64,000 nucleotides of DNA from NCBI RefSeq assembly GCF_044704955.1, contig NC_091984.1:143778001-143842000 (forward strand). The letters are read 5' to 3'. Within the stretch, counting starts at the first letter, position 1. Every line of letters begins with the position of its first letter. The notes below the pieces were generated by a model. That model made no database searches and was not told where the DNA came from. It saw only the letters and a program-made list of their open reading frames with translations. Shown here piece by piece: positions 12,372-25,329 of this stretch. The position numbers were made by a program, and so were the translations under genes. The stretch comes from Pristiophorus japonicus. Its lineage: Eukaryota.

Positions 12372-12775
12372 CTTCCTCAGTAACTGAGAATGATCCAGGG
12401 GAACCCAACAGGGACTACATGGACTTCCTCAGTAACTGGGAATGATCCAGGGGAACTCAACAGGGACTACATGGACTTCCTCAGTAACTGAGAATGATCC
12501 AGGGGAACCCAACAGGGACAACATGGACTTCCTCAGTAACTGAGAATGATCCAGGGGAACCCAACAGGGGCTACATGGAATTCCTCAGTAACTGAGAATG
12601 ATCCAGGGGAACCCAACAGGGGCTACATGGACTTCTTCAGTAACTGAGAATGATCCAGGGGAACCCCACAGGGGCTACATGGAATTCCTCAGTAACTGGG
12701 AATGATCCAGGGGAACCAACAGGGGCTACATGGACTGCCTCAGTAACTGAGAATGATCCAGGGGAACCAACAGGA
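12372..12775. repeat. 52-bp minisatellite, about 8 copies
   Basis: Unit cttcctcagtaactgagaatgatccaggggaacccaacagggactacatgga; copies start at 12372, 12424 and onward. Confidence 0.92.
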
Positions 12776-13190
12776 ACATACCATTATTGTCCCCGAGGGG
12801 GCAAGAGGAGAGGGAAAGGTGAGGAACATACCACTATTTTCCCCGGGGGGGAGAGGAGAAGGAGAGGTGAGGAACATACAATTGTTTTCATCGTGGGGGG
12901 AGAAGAGGTGAGTACATACCATTATTTTCCCCGGGGGAGGGAGCGAATGGGGAGAGGTGAGGAACATACCATTATTGTCCCCGGGAGGGGGTGGGAGAGG
13001 AGAGGGAGAGGTGAGGAATAAACCATTATTGTCCCCGGGAGGGACAGGAGAGGGAGAGGTGATGAGCATACCATTATTGTCCCCGGTTGGGGGAGGGAGG
13101 GAGAGAGAGAGAAAGAGAGAGGGAGGGGAGCGTTGAAGAACATACGTTATTGTCCTGGGGGGCGGGGGGGGGTGAGTGGAGAGGTGAAGA
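12773..13190. repeat. About 50-bp G-rich minisatellite, about 8 copies
   Basis: Recurring gaacataccattattgtcccc followed by purine-rich ggagaggtga. Confidence 0.85.
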
Positions 13191-13192
13191 AT

Positions 13193-14292
13193 TGTAGCTC
13201 CAGCTTTCTGGCCATTTCTATCAACAATACTTTAAATCCTTAAATCCAAATCCCCAAGAAAGAACTGTACTGTTTAGGGTGCTTGTGGGGGTGGCACTGA
13301 GGTGCATTCATATACAACCGGACATTTCACACTGACAGGCTGGGTGGCAGGGAACCCAGGCCCATTGATGTCATCACCATCTAAAGTGATTCCTGGGAAC
13401 AATATCCCGAGAGGTAACTCAGAGACACTGTGCCTTCGCATTGTTAAAGCACAGTCACCACTCAGTCCCAACCCAAACTGGTGCAGGACAGGAAATGGCC
13501 GGCCCATTGTCTTCCAGAAGATAAGCCGGTTAAGCAAGATCGGTTTGTGATCGAAACCCATTACCTGCTAATGGGGGCCATCAACTCAGGAAACGACAGA
13601 CATCCAGTAATCAGCACCCATTGTCTCTCCAGATGCAAGGCCTGGGAGCGGGAAAACAAAACACAATTTTTCACAAAGATTTCAAAGGCTACGAGCTGCT
13701 CCAGGACACGGGGAGGTGGGGGGTCCAAACAGATCACCGGAGTCAATCCATCGGTCAGTATTGGCGGGAGGAAAGGTGATGGGTTTTGGGGATATAAGGA
13801 GCCGCTTTGCAAAAAGCTCCAGCTCAGGAGGAAGAACGCTACGGAAAAAGCTCAGGAAAAAGCCCAGGAAAAAGCTCAGAAAAAACCCAGGAGTGAGACG
13901 TTCAGGAAGAAGCTGCAAGCAAGACATCGGGCAATCAGGGTGAGCATATTGCCTGCGTCAACACATCTGCAAGAACACTTAGCTGTGTGAGGGGGGGTTT
14001 GAAAGTCCCAACCAAACCCAAGGGGTTTAGTGCTGCGGGGGGGTCCTGTGTTAGTTTATTTCACGGGAGGGTTCTTTTATTAAGCCGTGGTAACTTAGCA
14101 CGGCAGGGCTTATTGGACAAGCCAGGGTTGTACTGTTTTGCACTGTTTATGAGTGGTGTTGTTAATCTTATTCAACATAATACAGTTGAGCCTGAAAAAA
14201 ATGTGTCCGAGTCTGATCTATCCATATAATCCTATCGTCCAGAACTTGTAGTAGGAGGTGCATTTACGTTACGCCCGAGAAACCCACCTACA
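13193..14292 (+). mobile_element. Probable solo LTR (about 1.1 kb)
   Basis: TGTAG and CTACA termini, TATA-like GATATAAG at 13791, short internal repeats, AATACA near the 3' end; no TSD found. Confidence 0.5.
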
Positions 14293-14670
14293 GGCACCCC
14301 CTCAGTACTGCCTCTCCGATAGTGCAGCACTCCCTCAATACTGCCCCTCCGGCAGTGCGGCACCCCCTCAGTACTGCCAATCTGACAGTGCGGCACTCCC
14401 TCAGTCCCGTCACTCTGACAGTGTGGCACTCCCTCAGTACTGCCCCACCAACATTGCGGCACTCCCTCAGTACTGACGCTCCGACAGTGCGGCATTCCCT
14501 CAGTACTGCCCCACCAACATTGCGGCACTCCCTCAGTACTGCCCCCCTGACAGTGCAGCACTCCCACAGTACTGCCCCTCTGACAGTGCAGCACTCCCTC
14601 AGGACTGCACAGTAGTGTATGTCTTTATTTTACACTCAGGTCCCTGGAGTGGGGCTTGAACCCACAATAC
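14293..14670. repeat. About 33-bp tandem repeat derived from a SINE segment
   Basis: gcactccctcagtactgcccctccgacagtgc repeated about 10 times; the same motif occurs in full SINE copies (reverse strand of 58595-58625). Confidence 0.85.
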
Positions 14671-16034
14671 AACATTGCATCACTGGATGCCGCACAGTCT
14701 GAGCTGTGAGTCATATCCCGACCTCAGTTGGAACAGCTAACTCAGAACAAACAACAACAGCAACTTTTATACAGCACCTTTAACACAGTAAAACTCCCCG
14801 AGCGCTTCACAGGAGCGTTATAGAATAAAGATTGACAGCGAGCCACGTAAGAAGACATTGAAAATTGCAGCTCAGTCAAATTGTGAGGGAAATTGGCAGT
14901 GCTGTCTTCATACCAAAAGGGGGCGATGTTGGTTCTGAAAAGACCACATTTTTTGACAATTTCTGTGTCACTCAATTGATTGGTTTGTAAAACCCGTTTG
15001 TACCAAACCTCCTGTCAGGTTTGCAGAATCATTTCCAGTTCCCCATGTGTCATTTGATGGTGGATCTCAGCGTGTATCTCCTCGTCCACTCGTGAGGCAG
15101 TGTCTCAGACCGATTGGCGGGTCAGCAGCCACTCCGCACTGCAGCGAGCATCGGCAAGCCATTCCACTGTGGAAGGCCTCACCGCGGAACTCTGTACACA
15201 GGGTATAACCACACAGAGACGCTCTGCCGCCAGGTACAGCAGCAACAACCTGCATTGCTATAGCAACTGGAACATTAGAACAACATCCCGAGGCAGCTGA
15301 CAGAGACGTAATCTGGTCAAAGTGGTGATGAGCCAAAGGGGGAGGGGCTGGGAGGGTGATCAAAACCCTCAGTCGCAGATTGGGTTTGAAGGGAGGTCTT
15401 AAAAGAGGAGAGGGGTGGAGTGGCAGAGAGGTTTAGGGAGCAGAGAGTTAGGGCCCAGGCAGCTGAAGGCACGGCCCCCAATGGAGGGGGAAGGGAAGGG
15501 GGGGATGGATAAGAAGCCTGAGCCAGATACAGCGGCCCCTGAATACAACAACAACTTGTATTTATATAGCGAGTGTTGTGACAATGACAGACAGTGAGAA
15601 TATAACCCTGATAATGTAACACAGTATTTGCAGCACTTGACACTCTGGGGAAAGCTTGTAATTTTAAATCCATGAGCTGTACATAAGCGAGAGCAGGACC
15701 TGTTTGTGGCCGGTGCGGAGATCACCACTTACAGAAGGTCGTTACTGCAGGGAATTCAGGGCCACAGTCACCTCCTGGACTAGTTTCCATCGCCTGGTGG
15801 CGGGGGTGGGGGTCGGAGAGGAGTTTCCCAGATTTATTTCCCCCAATGGGTTTTTTCCCTGGTTTTTTGCCTCTCCCAGGAGATCAGGTAGTTTTGGGTG
15901 GGGTGGAGAGTCTATACTGTGATACACAAGGTATCACAATTGTGTGGGACGGGCTGGATTGACCACAGGGTCTTTACCTGTCCGTCACTGTCCGCGGGTT
16001 TGGGTTTCAAAGATGTCGAGCTGAATTGGAAAGA

Positions 16035-16975
16035 AAGACTTGCATTTATATAGCGCCTTTCACTACCTCAGGACATCCCAAAGAGCTTTACAGCCAATGA
16101 AGTACTTTTGAAGTGTAGTCGCTGTGGTAATGGAGGACACACCACAGACAGTGTGTGCACAGCAAGCTCCCACAAGTTACTTTGGGCCCAAATTATAACT
16201 TTTCCATGCCGAATTCCCGCCCTGGAAGCAAAATTGGGGTCACATCCCCTGACAGGTAGTGGAGTGCAATGTGGTGTACAGCATTTCCCCTGGGGGCGGG
16301 CTCAGGGGCCAGTGTCAGGCTGCACCATCGCGGCACTGACCCCGTCACATCGGCATAGAAAGGCCCGACCGGTTAGTTGTCCAAAACAAATGTCGGGGCG
16401 CAGAGGCGGGCACCGCCTGTAACTTTCACCCCGTGAGTGAAATGCGGCCCAGTTCGTGACCCACAGGCCTGGTGCGGACACGGCTCACGGGGCACTCTCC
16501 GATTCGCGTCTCTGCTAAATCGCGCGGGTAGCTCCCCCCCGCAACCGCCACTCCATACCCTCGGGGAAAACACTGTTACACCCCATAAGCGCCCTCTGGA
16601 GGCACTAATGGCAGGCACACAGCGGGGGAATTTCATCCCCAGTCTGTTTTTGTGATGTTGATTGAGGGATAAATATTGACCAGGACACTGGGGAGAACTC
16701 CCCTGCTCTTCTTCAAAACATTGGCATGGGATCGTTAACACCAACCTGAGAGAGCAGATGGGGCCTTGGTTTAACCTCTCACCTGAAAGACGGCACCTCC
16801 GACAGTGCGTTACTACCTCAGTTCTGCACTGGGACTGTCAGTGTGGATTTCTGAGAGTCTCTGGAGTGGACCATCTCTCCAGCCACGCATTCATCTGTTC
16901 TATCCTCCTATTCTGGAGTGGACCTTCAGACTCAGAGGTGAGTGTGCTGCTCATTGAGCCACAGCTGACTGAGCT
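16035..16975 (-). mobile_element. Deu-domain tRNA-SINE (SacSINE1-like) interrupted by a GC-rich MITE-like insertion at about 16184-16640
   Basis: SINE tail ttgcatttatatagcgccttt and core ggtttaacctctcacctgaaagacggcacc flank unrelated GC-rich sequence with weak GGG/CCC ends. Confidence 0.7.
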
Positions 16976-17069
16976 GGAAACTTAAGGCTCATTAATGGCC
17001 CATCGACGGTGTTCGCCCTCAGTGGGGTGAACAAATCTAGAAATTATGGCCAGAATGATGTAGGCTAGG

Positions 17070-20000
17070 CCATTATTTGCTTTTTTTTAGTTTTAAATTT
17101 ATTTCTGCTAAGTTAGTTCTCAGTCTGTTAAATATAGGCATGGCAGGGCAGTTCTGTCCCGTGGAGTGCACATCCTGTGGCATGTGGGAAGTCCTGGACA
17201 CTTCTCGTGGCCTGGACGACCACATGTGCAGGAAGTGTCACCAGCTACAGCAACTCGAGCTCCGCGTTTCGGAGATTGAGCGGCGGCTGGAGTCACTACG
17301 GTGCATCCGCGAGGCTGAGAACTTGGTGGATAGCACGTTTCGAGATGTGGCCACCACTCAGCTTAAGATTGTGCAGGCATGAGAGGGAATGGGTGACTAC
17401 CAGACAGAAGAGGAGGTCCAGGCAGGTAGTGCAGGAGTCCCCTGTGTCCATCTCGCTCTCCAACCAATATTCTGTTCTGAGTACTGATGGGGGCGATGGT
17501 TCCTCCAGGAAGTTCAGCCAGAGCCAAGTCCACGGCACCACGGGTGGCTCAGCTGCACAGGGGGGAGGAAGAAGAGTGGAAGAGCAATAGTGGTAGGGGA
17601 TTCGATAGTTAGGGGAACAGACAGGCATTTCTGCGGCCGCAGACGTGACTCCAGGATGGTATGTTGCCTGCCTGGTGCCAGGGTCAAGGATGTCACTGAG
17701 TGGCTGCAGTACATTCTGACGGAGGAGGGTGAACAGCCAGAGGTTGTGGTCCATATCGATACCAATGACATAGGTAGAAAGAAGTATGTGGTCCTACAGG
17801 CAGAGTTTAGGGAGCTAGATTAAAAAGCAACACAGCAATGGTAGTAATCTCCGGATTACTCCTGGTGCCACGTGCTAGTGAGTACAGAAATAGGAGGATA
17901 GAGCAGATGAATGTGTGGCTGGAGAGATGGTGCAGGACGGAGGGTTTTAGTTTCCTGAGGCATTGGGACCATTTCTCGGGGAGGTGGGACCTGTCCAAGT
18001 CGGACGGGTTACACGTCAACAGAGCCGGGACCAATATCCTCGTGGGGGGGGTTTGCTAGTGCTGTTGGGGAGGGTTTAAACTAGCTTGGCAGGGGAATGG
18101 GAACCGGAGAATAGATTCAGTGGGGAGAGAGGAGCAAATCTGGAATTGGAAAGCAGAAAAGTAGTAAGTAAATTTGGAAGACAGAGGAAACAAAGCCCAG
18201 AAAATAGACAGCAAAGATGGTTGGCAGTGCTCAATGGTATATACTTCAATGCAAGGAGTACAGTGAATATTGCAGATGAGCTGAGAGCACAGATAGACAA
18301 TTGAGAGAATGATATTGGGATGGAAATTCTGACGTGTCCGGGCCTGTACGTAGTTTCTACGGACCCGGGAAGGCATCGGAAAAGCCGGTTTTCAGCGTGC
18401 AATGCGCATGCACTGAAAACCTGCTTTTCCGATCTGTCAAGCTGGAGCTGGAGAGATCGTAGCCAGATCATGAGCGAGGACATTTGTACGGGCAAGATGG
18501 GACTATTTATCCATATCTTGCCCAGCAAATGTCCTCAAAAATCATAGCCTACTTTTACAGGCGTAAGTGCTTTAAAACATACAGAAACAATTGTAAAATA
18601 CAATTATAGACATATAGTTTATTGTTCAAAAACCTCCCCACTACAGTAAGTTTATTACCATAATTAAAAAAACTTTTTTAGCAATCGGGAACATATTTTA
18701 TTTCTATAAGACATAATAACTTTAATTTCAAATAATTTTAAATATCTGTGGTCTGTTTTTTAGTTTTTATTATTTTGTGTGTTTGGTTTTGTCCCCATTA
18801 ATAGCACTGAGAACTGGTAGATACGCGAGTCTTAGTGCTATTAATGGGAACTTGTGAACTACCTACCTGATTGGCTGAGCAGCCACACATGACTGCATCT
18901 TCTGCGTGGGAACCCTCTGGACTGGATCGTGCTTAAATGCATTCAGGAGAATTTTATCAGCGAGTATGTAACAAGTCCAACAAGGGAGGGGACGGATCTG
19001 GACTTGGTTTTGGGGAATGAAGAGGGGCAGGTGGAAGGGGTATCAGTGGGAGAGCATTTTGGCGCCAGTGATCATAATTCAGTTAGATTTAGTGTAGTTA
19101 TGGAAAAGGACAAAGATAGACCAGTAATAAAAGTTCTCAATTGGGGAAAAGCCAATTTTGCTGAGCTGAGATGAGATTTGGCCAAAGCGGACTGGAAACA
19201 GCTACTTGATGGTAAATCAGTGTCAGAGCAGTGAGAGGCATTCAAGGAGGAAATCCTGTGGTTTCAGAGTAAGTCTGTTCCCTTAAAGAAAAATGGTGGG
19301 ACTAAAAATCCTAGGGGCCCTGGATGTCAAGGGATATACAGTGTAGGATAAAGTAAAAAATGGAGGCTTATGACAGATACCGAGGGCTCAATACTGCAGG
19401 AACTTTAGAGGGGTATAGTAAGTGCAGGGTGCAATTAAAAAGTAAATTAGGAAAGCAAAGAGAGAGCATGAAAACATTTTGGCAAGTAAAATCAAGGAAA
19501 ACCCAAAGATGTTTTATAAATACATTAAGAGCAGGAGGATAATTAAAGAAAGTGTAGAGCCTATTCGAGACCATAAAGGTAATCTGTGTGTGGAGGCGTA
19601 AGACGTGGGTATGTTTCTGAATGAATACTTTCTGTCTGTTCTCACAAAAGAGAGAGGCAATGCAGACATTGCAATCAGGGAGGAGGAGTGTGAAATATTA
19701 GATGAAATAAACATAGTGAGAGAGGAAGTATTAAGAGGCACAGCAGCTTTGAAAGTGGATAAATCCCCTGGCCCTGATAAAATGTATCCCAAGCTGTTAA
19801 GTGAAGCAAAAGAGGAAATAGCACAGGCTCTGACCAACATTTTCCAATCCTCTCTGACTACACGTGTGGTGCCAGAGGTCTGGAGGACTGGTAATGTTGT
19901 ACCTTTGTTTAAAAAGGGAGAAAGGGATAGACCGAGTAATTGCAGGCCAGTCAGCCTAACCTCATGGTGGGAAAGTTATTGGAAAAAATTATGAGAGACA

Positions 20001-21450
20001 GGATAAATCTTCATTTAGAAAGACATGTATTAATCCAGGACAGTCAGCATGGATTTGTAAAGGGAAGGTCGTGTCTGACTAACTTAATTGAATTCATCAA
20101 GGAAGTAATAAGGAGGGTTGATGAGGGCAGTGCGTATGATGTAGTGTAGATAGATTTTTGCAAGACTTTTGGTAAGGTCCTACATGGCAGACTGGTCATG
20201 AAAGTAAAACCCCTTGGATCCAGGGCAAAGTGGCAAGTTGGATCCAAAATTGGCTCAGAGGCAGGAAGCAAAGGGTAATGGTTGGTGATTTAATGACTGG
20301 AAGGCTGTTTCCAGTGGGGTTCCGCAGGGCTCAGTACAAGGTCATTGCTTTTTGTGGTATATATCAATGATTTAGACTTGAATGTAGGGGGCATGATAAA
20401 GAAGTTTGCAGATGATACTAAAATCGGCCGTGTGGCTGATAATGAAGAAGAAAGCTGCAGACTGCAGGAAGATATCAATGAAATGGTCAGGTGGGCAGAA
20501 CAGTGGCAAATAGAATTTAATCCAGAGAAGTGTGAGGTAATGCATTTGGGGTGGGCTACCAAGGCAAGGGAATACACATTAAATTGTAGGATACAGAGAA
20601 GTGTAGAGGAACAAAGGGACATATCCACAGATACCTGAAGGTAGCAGGCCAGATAGATGTGAGGTTATCCACTTTGGCAGAAAGAATAGAAAAGCAAATT
20701 ATTTTTTAAATGGAGAATAATTGCAAACTGCTGCAGTACAGAGGGATTTGGGGGTCCTTGTGCATGAAACACAAAAATTTAGAATGTAGCAAGTAATCAG
20801 GAAAGCAAATGGAATGTTGGCCGTTATTGCAAGGGGGGTGGAGTATAAAAGCAGGGAAGTCCTGCTACAATTGTACAGGGTATTGGTGAGACCTGGTGTA
20901 CTGTGTGCAGTTTTGTTCTCCAAATTTAAGAAAGCATATCCTTTCATTGAAGGCAGTTCAGAGGAGGCCCACTAGGTTGATTCCAGAGCTGAGGGGGTTG
21001 ACTTATGAAGACTTGTTGAGTAGGTTGGGCCTATACTCATTGGAGTTCAGAAGAATGAGAGTTGATCTTCTCGAAACATATAATATAATGAGAGGGCTTG
21101 ACAAGGTGGATGCAGAGAGGATATTTCCACTCATAAAGGAAACTAAAACTAGTGGGCATAGTTTCAGAATAAGGGGTCGCCTATTTAGAACTGAGATGAG
21201 GAGGAATTTCTTCTCTCGGAGGGTTGTAAATCTGTGGAATTCTCATGCCGCAGAGAGCTGTGGAGGCTGGGTCATTGAATATATTTAAGGCAGAGATAGA
21301 CAGATTTTTGAACAAGAAGTGGATAAAGAGTTATGGTGAGCAGGCAGGGAAGTGGAGCTGAGTCCACGATCAGATCAGCCAAGATCTCATTGAATGGTGG
21401 AGCAGGCTCGAGGGGCCAAATAGACTCCTGCTCCTATTTCTTATGTTCTT
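17070..21450 (+). mobile_element. Near full-length degenerate CR1-clade LINE (ORF1 zinc finger plus SGNH esterase; ORF2 endonuclease plus RT), chimeric at about 20660
   Basis: CTSCGMWE/CRKC, VVGDSIVRG, CLPGARVKDV, YFNARS, KSPGPD, QHGFVKGRSCLTNL and KFADDTK motifs; CR1 tail. Confidence 0.9.
18317..18928. mobile_element. Non-autonomous DNA-transposon-like insertion interrupting the CR1 endonuclease
   Basis: CR1 homology stops at about 18316 and resumes at about 18929 with part of the endonuclease missing; the insert begins gggatggaaatt and has an AT-rich core. Confidence 0.5.
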
Positions 21451-22177
21451 AATCCATAATACCCTTACCCAACAGGGTGCTGATGGTGCCGGAGAACCAG
21501 CCTGAGCCTCAGATCCTGAACTGTCCACTGCAACACTGGACTGAGACACAGAGGGAGCAGAGTGTGTGCAAAGTGGTGACTGGCTGGTCCGCTGGTCCCC
21601 GAGACCCCTCCCCGACCCCACAGTCCCAACAGGATCCCTCCCCTCGATACCCAGCACCCAGTCCCACCCAGAGCCCCTGACCTCCCCGTGACCCCCATGG
21701 TCCCCCCCACCCACCGATCACGCTGCTCCCCCCCGTTCCACGCACAGTCAGCCCCCGATAAAGCCCACCCTCCCCCGGCCCGGTCTCCCCTCTCCTGGGT
21801 AACAGTCACACACATACACACACCTACAGACAGTGCTGGGTAACAGTCACACACACACACACACACACACACCTACAGGCGGTGCTGGGTAACAGTCACA
21901 CACACACACACACACCTACAGGCGGTGCTGGGTAAGACACACTAACATTCAGCGACATGTACACGGTGATACACTGACTGCTCCTCTCCCTAAGCTGAGG
22001 CCTCACTTGGTACAGTTTTGTGCTGCTGCCATGAGCCACCCGTTAAGGAGAGAGAATGCAACATTGTGACTGTGGCCTCCTGCCCCCAGATTGCCCCCAG
22101 CAGTCAGCACACAGTGCACAGTGCGATCCCACCATCGGGGGCAGCCACAACAACCCCAGTGTGCAGAGTGAGAGCCA

Positions 22178-23288
22178 ACAAGCTCCCCGCTGGAGTGGAA
22201 CTAAACTACAGAACCAGTGGGAACCTGTTCAACCTGCGCAGTCTCCAGGTCAGATCCAAGGCCACTCCAACCTCTGTCGTCGAGCTACAGTATGTGGACG
22301 ATGTCCGCATCTGCGCACATACAGAGGCCGCACTCCAGGACATAGTCGACGTATTTACTGAGGCGTACGAAAGCATGGGCCTTACGCTAAACATCCGTAA
22401 GACAAAGGTCCTCCACCAGCCTGCCCTCATCACACAGCACTGCCCCCAGTCATCAAGATCCATGGCGCTGCCCTGGACACCGTGGACCACTTCCCATATC
22501 TCGGGAGCCACCAATCAACAAGAGCAGGCATCGACGACGAGATCCAACACCACCTCCATGCGCCAGTGCAGCCTTCGGTCGCCTGAGGAAAAGAGTGTTT
22601 GAAGACCAGGCCCTCCAAACTGCCACCAAGCTCATGGTCTACAGGGCTGTAGTAATACCTGCCCTCCAATATGGCTCAGAGACATGGACCATGTACAGCA
22701 GACACCTCAAGTTGCTGGACAAATATCACCAACGATGTCTCTGCTAGATCCTACAAATACCCTGGGAGGACAGGCGCATCAACATCAGCGTCCTCAGTCA
22801 GGCTAACATCCCCAGCATTGAAGCACTGCCCACACTCGATAGCTCCGCTAGGCAGGCCACATAGTCCGCATGCTAGACACGAGACTCCCAAAGCAAGTGC
22901 TCTACTCGGAGCTCCTTCATGGCAAACGAGCCAAAGGTGGGCAGCGGAAACGCTACAAGGACACCCTCAAAGCCTCCCTGATAAAGTGCAACATCCCCAC
23001 TGACACCTGGGAGTCCCTGGCCCAAGACCACCCTAAGTGGAGGAAGTACATCCGACAGGGCGCTGAGCACCTCGAGTCTCGTCGCCAAGAGCATGCAGAA
23101 ACCAAGCGCAGGCAGCGGAAAGAGCGTGCGGCGAATCTGTCCCCACCCACCCCTTCCCTCAATGACTGTCTGTCTCACCTGTGACAGAGTCTGTGGTTCT
23201 CGTATTGGACTGTTCAGCCACAAAAGAACTCACTTCAGGATGGAAGCAAGTCTTTCTTGATTCCGAGGGACTGCCGATGATATGATGA
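22178..23288 (+). mobile_element. 5'-truncated RTE-clade LINE
   Basis: ELQYVDD, GLTLNIRKTKV, RLPKQVLYSEL, GGQRKRYKDTLK; tail tgatga. Absent from the paralogous site near 60310. Confidence 0.9.
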
Positions 23289-24061
23289 GACTGGGAGGGT
23301 TTAATCCCAGCAGCTTTTAGTGTCTCTGTATTTCATCTTGTGCACTCCAGGGGTTTGAGGTCAAATTGATCATTTTAAAATAATTGATAATTGGCTTTGA
23401 ATCAAATCTCCTGCCGACGTGCCATTGATTGACAGCCCACTCAGCCAATCAGGACAGAAACTTACTGAAATGCAGCCAATCCAGCTGAGGGGGAGGAAGG
23501 ACATTTCCAAAGCACTCGCCAGACACAGACTGAATATTAATCACGTTTATTGTCTTTTACAGATTCACATATAGAGAAACAAGATTTGAATAAACAGCCC
23601 AGCGAGAGCGAGCTGGAGACATTCACAGGGAGAATGCAGCTTTATTAAAACAGTTGTGGGGATTTTCTCCACACCGTGAGAATCCTGTCCCTTTAAACGG
23701 GGACTGAACCTTGAATTGTAACAGCAGGGTGAGCAGGGAGGGGGTCTGCTTACTGAAGCGGCACTTCGCAGTTTAACATTAGTTTTACTCTGCTGACAGT
23801 CTTCAGCATCTTCGAGAGGTTTTACTTGGTAGCACGAGTCAACACTGTCCCATCAAACCCTCCCAGGGTTAGATACAGAGTAAAGCTCCCTCGACACTGC
23901 CCCAATAATGTGCCTTACCCCTTGACCCTCAGATGCTTTCCCTGACCAAGTCCCGAGAAGGGAGAGAGTAGAAATGCAGTGCTGACAATGACCTTTGCCC
24001 TCCCGGCTCACCCCCTGTTCTATTTAAAGTTGCGTCTCCCCCGCGGACTGTCCCTGACACA

Positions 24062-24390
24062 CTACGCACATTCTGCTCTCCTGACTCCCTTGCTGAGGGG
24101 AGAGGAGAGGCTCTCGTGGGTGAGGCTGCAGGAGAAGCTGGCGTTGGACTCCCAGTCGGAGCCAGAGAGGGTCAGCAGGCTGCTGACACTGTAGGTGTTG
24201 TCCGAAGCTCGCAGGTAGTCGCTGGTCTGGACCCCGGCCGAAATGGTCGCCCCGTCCTTCTTCCACTCCATCTCCACCGCATCGGGGTAGAAGTGATCGG
24301 CGAGGCACACCAGGGTGGCAGTGCCCTTGGTCGTGACCTCCTCCGGGGAGGGGGGCAGCAGGGTCAGCGTGGGTGGTGTCTTCCCTCGGC
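24062..24390 (-). CDS. IGKC: Ig light-chain (kappa-type) constant exon, orphan copy with intact ORF
   Basis: Acceptor ccctttcag; TLLPPSPEE, ATLVCLADHFYP, WKKDG, YSVSSLLTL, FSCSLTHE, terminal ECA stop. 3 nt differences from 59190-59518. Confidence 0.93.
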
Positions 24391-24426
24391 CTGAAAGGGA
24401 GGAGAAGGATGTTTAATAGGTGTATA

Positions 24427-24465
<39 letters not shown>

Positions 24466-24634
24466 CCGTGTGGGGATAATTCACATCTGATAACGGAGAG
24501 TTGGGTTAATGAACTCCTGGCTGGCGATTAACCATTCGAGGCGAGCAACACTAATTCTTAATCTTCTTTGCCTCGCTTGATAAGTTTAATATAAATATAA
24601 ATGCGTTTGAAGTTAAGGTTTTTAAAAAAAAAAA

Positions 24635-25095
24635 AATCTTTCATTTATATTATGCCTTTCACAACCACCGGACATCTCAAAGCACTTTTCAGCCAATGAA
24701 GTACTTTTGGAGTGTAGTCACTGTTGTAATGTGGGAAACACGGCAGTCAATCTGCGCACAGCAAGCTCCCACAAACATAGATTTGTGATATCGACCTGAT
24801 AATCTGTTCTTTTGTCATGTTGGTTGAGGGATAAATATTGACCAGGGCACCGGGGAGAACTCCCCTGCTCTTCTTCAAAATAGGGGCATTGGATCTTTTA
24901 CATCTTCCTGAGAGGGCAGACGAGGCCTCAATTTAAAATTTCATCTGAAAGACGACACCTCCAACAGTGTTGCACTCCCTCAGCACTGCCCTGCAGTGTC
25001 AGCTTAGATCTTTGTGCTCAAGTGCCTGGTGTGGGACTTGAACCCACAACATTCTGAATCAGAGGCGAGAGTGCAACGCACTGAGCCACGGCTGA
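24635..25095 (-). mobile_element. Full-length Deu-domain tRNA-SINE (paralog of 58490-58950)
   Basis: tRNA-like head, Deu core and tail in reverse orientation. Confidence 0.8.
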
Positions 25096-25329
25096 TGCTC
25101 AAAATCATACTGGGGTGAGGTCAAGGGTGAGGCTACAATTTGCCTCAGTGTACCAGAGTCAGGCAGGGTCACTGCTCCCAATGATTCCGTGACCTCCTGG
25201 AAGGTCAGAGTGCGCGGACAATGGCCGAGGGTCAGGATCAGGGCCCTCCCACATCAATGAAAGAAAGCCTTGAATTTATATAGCGCCTTTCACAACCTCA
25301 GGATGTCCCAAGGTGCTTTACAACCAATT

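Noticed and set aside
12372-12775. CRISPR-like regular repeats (also 44966-45263 and 52047-52440)
   Set aside because: Head-to-tail units with no unique spacers, no cas genes, and a eukaryotic context; these are minisatellites.
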